Below are positions 14,576 to 20,000 of a stretch of DNA of 20,000 bases, piece by piece. Each line of letters starts with the position of its first letter. The first letter of the stretch is position 1. A program made the translations under genes and the position numbers. Source of the stretch: an uncultured virus (IMG/VR IMGVR_UViG_3300010429_001166) (taxonomy: Duplodnaviria > Heunggongvirae > Uroviricota > Caudoviricetes). The notes under the pieces were generated by a model. The model searched no databases. It saw nothing but the letters and a program-made list of their open reading frames with translations, and was not told where the DNA came from. The DNA lies in IMG/VR virus record IMGVR_UViG_3300010429_001166, one strand, 5' to 3'.

Positions 14576-16600
14576 TTAGAATTTACAGTCCCCATAGCGC
14601 AAATGGAACCCACCATCCGCTGCCAGCGGCAGATCGGGAGCCCACTTCGGCGGCTTCGTCATGCATGCCAACATAAACTGAAAGGCTTCTTCGCCTTCAG
14701 TCTCCGGAGCTAACACACAACACTCGTCGTGCACGGTCAACACCACCGGATACCTCTTCTGTATCCGGAGCATGCCGTCCGTCATCACAATGCGAGCAGC
14801 CGCCTGCACGATGTTTTCCGTGAGGCGACCCCCGTACAACTTCTTGCGCTCGCCGTTGCTGTCGTATGACCAGCCGCCATCAGTGCGCGAGAACTTCAGA
14901 TCAGGATAGCGCAAGGCCATGCCGTTGGGAAGGAAAATGTGCCCGGGTTCGAAGCGCAGTCCACGGTGTTCGAACACCTCTCCATCCGGCGCGAGCGCAT
15001 CGCTGATTGCGTTCTGGCACAGGCTCCAGAAGTTCATCACCGGCCACGCCGCTTCCCGATACTTGTTGATGATGGTCTGCGCCGCAACGCAGTGCACCAC
15101 TATCTCTTCGTCTGAACACATGCGCGGGATCGCCAGCGCCCGCTCCAGATTCGTCACCCCATCCTTGTTCCGGTAGTCGATGAAGCTCTGCAGGGCATCC
15201 TTTGTTACCCCAAGTTGTTTTGCAAACTGCATGTCGTACAGCATCGGCGGTGCGCCAAGGAAGCCGGGGATAAGTTGTGCAGCGAAGCTCGCCCACCCCA
15301 GTTGGAAACCCGCCCCAAGCAGCGCCGATTTCGCCGCCTGCCGCAGCAAGGGGTGCGTCTCCTTGGTCAGCCCCGGGATGCCGAACATCTGCGCCCCGAA
15401 TACGGCGTAGGGGTCTGCGCCCGACCGGAAGGTATCCAACAGTTCTTCGTACCCGGCCAGCCACGCCAGCACGCGCGGCTCGATCTGCGACAAGTCCGCT
15501 ACGACGCACACGTACCCGTCAGGGGCCATCACTGCCTTGCGGAGAAAGCTGCCACGCTTCAAGTTCTGCAGGTTGATGCCTGCACCCTTGCTCGCGCTCC
15601 AGCGCCCCGTATGCGCCCCGTAGTAGTTCAGCGGCACCGGCAACGTGCCCCGGGTTGAAATATCCAGCAACCGCTGCGCTCTTGTACGCTCAAGCGTGCT
15701 TTTCACTCTGAGTCGCGCTTCACACAACGCTGCAACGTCTTCGTTCTCGGAGTTCAGCAGCGCCTGAAACTGCGCATCGCTCTTGGCCAGCGCCGGGATA
15801 CCCTTTCCTGTCGTCTTCGACACCTTGCTGGGCGCGGACACCCCCATTTGCTCCAATAGCTTGCTGAACTTAGCCGTGCTGGCCAAATCGCCTTCTTCCA
15901 CTTCAAGTCGCGTCAGCAGCCCCTCCCGCTTCGCCCGTTCCTCCTTGATTGCTGTCGTCAGCATGTGTGGGTCGAGACGCAGGCGCGGTTGCAGGTACAT
16001 GCGCAGCGTCAGGTCGATGAGGCGCAGTTCCTTCTGCGGGAACGGATTTGCCGTTGTGTACGCGTTGCACAGAAAGATGCCGAGCAGTTGCGCGGCCAGA
16101 TCGGTGTCGTGCTTGCAGTAGCCCACCAGTTCAGCGTAGATATCGGGCGGCAACTGTGTACCTAACCCGTCCGTGCTGTACACCGCCTTACCCTTGGCGG
16201 GCAGCCCGTACGTCTCCGCCAGCCTCGCAAGGCTGTTGCCCACCTCCACACCACGCAGCGCGCGGGCCATGCTCAGTGTGTCGAAGATGAAGCACGGCAC
16301 CGCCTTGTAGTGATGCGACAGGATGAACAGATCGAACTGCGCGTTGTGTGCTGCCGCAGCGGTCGTCGTCCAGTCGATGTTGTGCACGAACCCGGGCAGC
16401 GCGTTGTGATCCACCCAGTACGTTTCCTTCTCTCCAAACCACTTGTACGACAAACCGTACGCATGAAAGCGCTCGTCGCGTACGTACTCCTCGATTGTCA
16501 TTTTCGACAGCGTGTAGGCAGGCCCGCTGTCGTCGTCTTTGCTCTTCCACTTGGTTTCGAAGTCGAGCACCATCAACCGTTGAAACAACGGTTCTCCCAT
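14576..16600 (-). CDS. Phage family A DNA polymerase with 3'-5' exonuclease
   Basis: Exo I 'LDFET', Exo II 'HNAQFD', Exo III 'YCKHD'; 'HTGRWS...NLQNL', motif A 'ADLSQIEPR', motif B 'RQAAKSALLGAGF', 'ENIVQA', motif C 'TVHDE'. Confidence 0.95.
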   Translation of the reverse strand: MGEPLFQRLMVLDFETKWKSKDDDSGPAYTLSKMTIEEYVRDERFHAYGLSYKWFGEKETYWVDHNALPGFVHNIDWTTTAAAAHNAQFDLFILSHHYKAVPCFIFDTLSMARALRGVEVGNSLARLAETYGLPAKGKAVYSTDGLGTQLPPDIYAELVGYCKHDTDLAAQLLGIFLCNAYTTANPFPQKELRLIDLTLRMYLQPRLRLDPHMLTTAIKEERAKREGLLTRLEVEEGDLASTAKFSKLLEQMGVSAPSKVSKTTGKGIPALAKSDAQFQALLNSENEDVAALCEARLRVKSTLERTRAQRLLDISTRGTLPVPLNYYGAHTGRWSASKGAGINLQNLKRGSFLRKAVMAPDGYVCVVADLSQIEPRVLAWLAGYEELLDTFRSGADPYAVFGAQMFGIPGLTKETHPLLRQAAKSALLGAGFQLGWASFAAQLIPGFLGAPPMLYDMQFAKQLGVTKDALQSFIDYRNKDGVTNLERALAIPRMCSDEEIVVHCVAAQTIINKYREAAWPVMNFWSLCQNAISDALAPDGEVFEHRGLRFEPGHIFLPNGMALRYPDLKFSRTDGGWSYDSNGERKKLYGGRLTENIVQAAARIVMTDGMLRIQKRYPVVLTVHDECCVLAPETEGEEAFQFMLACMTKPPKWAPDLPLAADGGFHLRYGDCKF

Positions 16601-16614
16601 GATTGACTGCCTTT

Positions 16615-16863
16615 CTAGTTCAGGTGTTTGCGCGCTTCCAGTTGCTGCTGGGCGTCGCGGATGTGATGCATCGACAGTGCGATGAGTTCGTTGGCTAGTT
16701 CCGGTTCAGTGTTGACCGTGTGGATGGCCATGGAGTGCGTGTGCTCGTTCATCGAGATGAGCACCACGTGGTGCCCGGGATCAGTCAGGGTGAAGTCGAG
16801 TTCGGCCCGGGCGCGTTCGACTTGCTGTTGCTGTACCAGTTGGTCTTCCAGTTCGTTGTCCAT
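16615..16863 (-). CDS. Hypothetical protein (82 aa; alternative TTG start 16878)
   Basis: Fills the gap before the polymerase; plausible alpha/beta sequence. Its start lies inside the VRR-NUC tail. Confidence 0.65.
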   Translation of the reverse strand: MDNELEDQLVQQQQVERARAELDFTLTDPGHHVVLISMNEHTHSMAIHTVNTEPELANELIALSMHHIRDAQQQLEARKHLN

Positions 16864-17161
16864 TACGTTGTCTGCCAAGGATCATTTCCATGTGGAGTAG
16901 GGTTGCTTCGACGTTAGTTTCGTTCACGACAATCGCGCGACCACCAGCGGCGTTGATCTTCTCGATTTCCGCCTGCTGCAGTTCCGTTGGCTTGTTGCGG
17001 CCCGCCTTGCACTCGAAAGCGAAGAACAGGCCGATGGCACAGGCCACGATGTCCGGCACCCCGCTGCGCCCGTAGCCGTGTGTTGCTGGTGAAAAATAGT
17101 ACACGTCAAGGGCATCGAGCCCTTGACGTAGTTTTGCCTTGACCTTGCCTTCCGGGGTCAC
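16781..17161 (-). CDS. VRR-NUC family nuclease (putative Holliday junction resolvase)
   Basis: 'MTPEGKVK...GYGRSGVPDIVAC...FFAFECKAG...PTELQ...INAAGG.AIVVNE'; GTGA overlap with the upstream gene. Confidence 0.9.
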   Translation of the reverse strand: MTPEGKVKAKLRQGLDALDVYYFSPATHGYGRSGVPDIVACAIGLFFAFECKAGRNKPTELQQAEIEKINAAGGRAIVVNETNVEATLLHMEMILGRQRNGQRTGRPTGTATASRTRPGRTRLHPD

Positions 17162-17358
17162 GCCGCACCCACCTCGTACATGATGCGGTTTTCGTCGTGT
17201 GCCTTGATGATGCTACGGATGAAGCTCTTCAACGAACGCGCAGCATTGCCTTTCGAATCGAACGCCTCACCACTCGATGCCACCACGCGTCCGTTGCGCG
17301 CGAAGATGCGCCAGCGCCACTGCTTGCCACGATCCTTGTATACGACAGCCTTCATCAT
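17158..17358 (-). CDS. YegP/DUF1508 (UPF0339)-like protein
   Basis: 'VYKDRGKQWRWRIFARNGRVVASSGEAFDSKGNAARSL' matches the family pattern; GAGG RBS and ATGA overlap. Confidence 0.85.
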   Translation of the reverse strand: MMKAVVYKDRGKQWRWRIFARNGRVVASSGEAFDSKGNAARSLKSFIRSIIKAHDENRIMYEVGAA

Positions 17359-17513
17359 TTGATCTTCCTCACCTTCTGTTGTTGTTCGCGTTGCATGTCT
17401 TCCTGTTCCTTGCGCTGCTGCGTGCGGATGCGCGCGAACTTGTCGCGCAGGTAGTTCGGTTTCATGTCTTCTGACCGCACGTAGCTAAATGGCTTGATTA
17501 TCTTGCTGCGCAT
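17355..17513 (-). CDS. Small hypothetical protein (52 aa, MRSKIIKPFSYVRS...)
   Basis: GGAGA RBS before ATG 17513; the longer ORF-track version overlaps the upstream gene. Confidence 0.6.
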   Translation of the reverse strand: MRSKIIKPFSYVRSEDMKPNYLRDKFARIRTQQRKEQEDMQREQQQKVRKIK

Positions 17514-18222
17514 CGCGTCTCTCCAGTTCTGATGTGATGCAGGCTGCCAGCAGTGCGCCGTTGATGCCGCCTGAAATGCTCGTCCACTCCAGTCTCCATT
17601 CGTTACCAGTGTGCAGCGCAAACAGCATGCCGTTTGATGCCGCATCACTGTGCACGCAAAACAGCCGCTTGTAAAGTTTTTGCAGTCTCTCGCGCGGCAC
17701 TCCCTGCAGCAACTCGTACAAACGCAGCAGCGTGTGCTCGTCGTTCACGGCGTGGAAAGCAACCCACCCCGTTTCTCTTGTATCCATATCTGCTGTCGTC
17801 GTGACAAGTTGACGGATGCATGCGCGCATCATGTCGGTGTCGTAACCACTGTCTTTCCAGTCGTCGCCAATGAAGCCGCCAACAGAGTCCAGATACTGGT
17901 CTTCTTCCTCCACTGCTTCACCAAGCCCCACTTCGATGCGGTAGATGCCTTCGGTATCGATGCGTTGAATCTCGTCATTCTTCTGACGAGCAAGACGCTC
18001 GGGGGTGATGTCCGGGTTCGCTTCTGGCTTGTACGAATCGCCAAACAATTCGTCGTAGCTCCAGTCCGCGCCGTCTTCACACGCAGCGAGCCAAACAAGA
18101 TTGCGTTTCGCCAGTTCGCTGAATAGTGCTGTAGTTCTTGCAGCACGTAGCGCTTCTGCTGCATGCCAACCCTTGTTGCGCAGCCGCGCGTACTCCTTAT
18201 AAACGCAGAGTGTCTTCGACAT
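17485..18222 (-). CDS. Hypothetical acidic phage protein (~245 aa)
   Basis: Protein-like sequence 'DSVGGFIGDDWKDSGY'; start set at ATG 18222 (uncertain) because the ORF-track extension overlaps 18197..18442. Confidence 0.7.
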   Translation of the reverse strand: MSKTLCVYKEYARLRNKGWHAAEALRAARTTALFSELAKRNLVWLAACEDGADWSYDELFGDSYKPEANPDITPERLARQKNDEIQRIDTEGIYRIEVGLGEAVEEEDQYLDSVGGFIGDDWKDSGYDTDMMRACIRQLVTTTADMDTRETGWVAFHAVNDEHTLLRLYELLQGVPRERLQKLYKRLFCVHSDAASNGMLFALHTGNEWRLEWTSISGGINGALLAACITSELERRDAQQDNQAI

Positions 18223-18442
18223 GCTTTTCGTAGTCCTGAAAGAGACGGAGCAGATCGTTGGGCGTGACAACGTTGATGTTGACCCAGTTGAAACGTAGAG
18301 TGCTGTCGTTACTGCTAGTCGTGTACTGCGGCTCTGCCAGCACTTGCACAAATGTCGAATACTGGTACTGAAACTTGCCAAACCACTTGCTCAGTGGTTC
18401 TGGCATTGCTAGTTCCTTTGTCATGTCTGATTTAGTTGCCAT
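18197..18442 (-). CDS. Hypothetical protein (81 aa)
   Basis: Short overlaps with both neighbours; AGGG before the ATG. Confidence 0.6.
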   Translation of the reverse strand: MATKSDMTKELAMPEPLSKWFGKFQYQYSTFVQVLAEPQYTTSSNDSTLRFNWVNINVVTPNDLLRLFQDYEKHVEDTLRL

Positions 18443-18674
18443 TTCCCTGCGCTTTCGCTAGATCAGTGGATGATGGGGCGAGATAACTAGACTCTGCGGT
18501 GCGTGGTCGCGGGTCGCGGTAGCCGTGAATCTTGCACCGCTGCTGCGGCAGCAGGATCGTCGGGCACGCCTTCGGCAGCAGCCGCACACACTCCGGACAC
18601 GACACTCCGAACTTGTCGCGGGCCGCGCGGCGAGCCTCACGTATTTCGCGGCACATATCTCCATAGTCGCTCAC
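18432..18674 (-). CDS. Small Cys/His-rich putative zinc-binding phage protein
   Basis: GGAG RBS, GTGA overlap; 'CPEC...PTILLPQQRCKIHGYRDPR'. Confidence 0.75.
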   Translation of the reverse strand: MSDYGDMCREIREARRAARDKFGVSCPECVRLLPKACPTILLPQQRCKIHGYRDPRPRTAESSYLAPSSTDLAKAQGNGN

Positions 18675-19723
18675 GTCTGCTCTCCCTTCCCGCCGCTGAC
18701 GTCACTATCGCTTGTGGGATCGAGTGTGGCGTAGCGGTACTCGAAACCTGCGGAGCGATACCCGGCTTCCTCTTGCTCCGTTGGCCCCGTCCAGCGGCTT
18801 GCTGGTGTACATCGGTTGCCCGGAAAGCGACACAGCAGCACGCGCTCCCGCGCCTCTGCCGGTGGCTGCGGTGCGGCGGCGAGTTGATCCGGTATCGCGC
18901 GGATCGCATCGCACAGCCGCTGCATGTCCTCGCCCTCGGTGCCGGGCCGGAACACGTAGGTCTTGCCCTCCACCGTCGTCGGCGGCGGATAGAGCAGCGC
19001 GTGGATGCCCGTCAGTATCCGCACGGCGTGGTCCCTTTGTGCCTGCGCCATGCCGCGCTCTGCGCGCAGCACTTCGTCGTTCGGCACCCGCACAACCCCA
19101 CCCGGCCGCGAATCGAGGAAGTCGTCCAGATTCACCTGCTCGGTCGTGTGTCCGTCCCACCACGCCTCTTTCGTTGTCTGGCCTACTTCCGCCGAAACAG
19201 TCTGCGAATGCGGCGAACCAGTCTCTGGCGCCACAGTCGAACTGCTCGCTTGATCGGCTTGCGCTGCCACGCGTCCAACCTGTGGCACAACTCGTGCAAC
19301 ATTGCTTTCGCCTCGCCGTGGATTGGATCGTTGTAACTGAGCTGTCTCGCGATCGCGTGGGCTTTGATGATCGTTTCGTTGTCGGTCATAGGACACCTTG
19401 AAGATGGCGTAGCCAAATGGCTCGCCAAGCGTTGCAGGATCGCCGTCCGGTTCGATGCACGGATACTCGTGTGCGTAGGCGAGGAAGTGATCGCCGTTCT
19501 TCCAGAGCCACAGCTTTTGATTCGGTTCCGATGCGATGTAGTGGCGCGGCTGACCGCGCTCGGCCACTGGCGCAGACAGCGAGGCGCGGGCTTGCCACCA
19601 TTGCCATCCGCTCCAGACGGCGGCATCGATGTACTCGCCATTGACATCGCGTTCGAGCAGGACGCCACACCGGCCGTACACCCTGATGCAACGCGCCTCG
19701 AACTGCTCGCGTTCGTTGCTCAT
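18671..19723 (-). CDS. Mosaic early protein (350 aa) made of short modules joined by Ala/Pro linkers
   Basis: ATG 19723 with GGAGG RBS and ATGA overlap; 'EREQFEA...W.GWQWWQARA' N-terminal module; 'LAAAPQPPAE' linker; tail shared with the upstream gene. Confidence 0.72.
   Translation of the reverse strand: MSNEREQFEARCIRVYGRCGVLLERDVNGEYIDAAVWSGWQWWQARASLSAPVAERGQPRHYIASEPNQKLWLWKNGDHFLAYAHEYPCIEPDGDPATLGEPFGYAIFKVSYDRQRNDHQSPRDRETAQLQRSNPRRGESNVARVVPQVGRVAAQADQASSSTVAPETGSPHSQTVSAEVGQTTKEAWWDGHTTEQVNLDDFLDSRPGGVVRVPNDEVLRAERGMAQAQRDHAVRILTGIHALLYPPPTTVEGKTYVFRPGTEGEDMQRLCDAIRAIPDQLAAAPQPPAEARERVLLCRFPGNRCTPASRWTGPTEQEEAGYRSAGFEYRYATLDPTSDSDVSGGKGEQT
18833..18883. repeat. 51-bp direct repeat copy (other copy 19834..19884)
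   Basis: 49/51 identical by manual alignment; encodes LAAAPQPPAE(A/P)RERVLL on the minus strand. Confidence 0.9.
19183..19389 (-). CDS. Nested out-of-frame small protein (68 aa, MTDNETIIKAHAIARQLSYND...)
   Basis: AAGGTG RBS-like sequence before ATG 19389; reads as amphipathic helices with a basic tail, while the enclosing frame is disordered-looking over the same interval. Confidence 0.5.
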   Translation of the reverse strand: MTDNETIIKAHAIARQLSYNDPIHGEAKAMLHELCHRLDAWQRKPIKRAVRLWRQRLVRRIRRLFRRK

Positions 19724-19998
19724 GCTTCCTCCGAATCGAGGGTGGCGTAGCGGTACGCGAAGCCGAGCCTTTGCGCAGTAGGGGTGTCGAGTGTGGATTG
19801 CCACCATAGCGGCGACCCTTTTGGATCGCGCATCAGCAGCACGCGCTCCCGCGGCTCTGCCGGTGGCTGCGGCGCGGCGGCGAGCCAGTCACGCATGATT
19901 AGCGCGAGGCTCATGTACTGCCCGTTGCGAATCGCCTGCGGGGACTCCGGGCTCTCGCCGCACGGTAGCTTGAGGGCTTCGATCAGGCGCGCAACTCG
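19720..19998 (-). CDS. Mosaic early protein, 5'-truncated by the window
   Basis: The frame of the 19720..19914 ORF stays open to the window edge (...RVARLIEALKLPCGESPESPQAIRNGQYMSLAL...); shares its C-terminal module with 18671..19723. Confidence 0.7.
   Translation of the reverse strand, partial: RVARLIEALKLPCGESPESPQAIRNGQYMSLALIMRDWLAAAPQPPAEPRERVLLMRDPKGSPLWWQSTLDTPTAQRLGFAYRYATLDSEEA
19834..19884. repeat. 51-bp direct repeat copy (other copy 18833..18883)
   Basis: See the partner copy. A second shared block, 18719..18745 vs 19735..19761 (25/27), encodes F(E/A)YRYATLD. Confidence 0.9.
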
Positions 19999-20000
19999 CA

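Noticed and set aside
14576..16600. Intein or intron in the polymerase (also checked by eye in the helicase and primase)
   Set aside because: Frames are continuous, lengths are ordinary, and no intein splice-junction or LAGLIDADG motifs were seen.
18719..19884. Diversity-generating retroelement TR/VR pair
   Set aside because: No reverse transcriptase in the window, the mismatches are not confined to adenines of one copy, and both copies are coding.

Overview
A GC-rich tailed-phage (or prophage) genome segment. The + strand carries the 3' part of a giant virion/ejection-type polyvalent protein (<1..4373; HExxGH metallopeptidase-like motif, LPD38-like C-terminus). It converges on a tightly coupled - strand early/replication operon: mosaic small early genes, YegP/DUF1508, VRR-NUC, family A DNA polymerase, a 32-aa HTH missed by the ORF track, a zincin, a Cas4-like exonuclease, two paralogous unknown genes around an HNH, an SNF2 helicase, an SSB-like protein, an HTH and a RepB-type primase fused to a DUF927-like helicase. 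The most unusual element is a cassette of about 1.1 kb (9575..10678, -). It has a near-consensus sigma70 promoter, a 256-aa helical protein of unknown function and, right after the stop codon, a ~270-nt structured non-coding region. That region contains a circularly permuted tRNA-like domain (T arm, acceptor 3' strand and CCA first, then a 20-nt linker, acceptor 5' strand and D arm) closed by a 12-bp long-range stem, i.e. Y RNA/YrlA-like topology with no Ro60 gene in the window. The cassette is bracketed by a duplicated leader/RBS, suggesting an inserted protein + tRNA-mimic RNA module. All family assignments come from motif recognition by eye; no searches were run.
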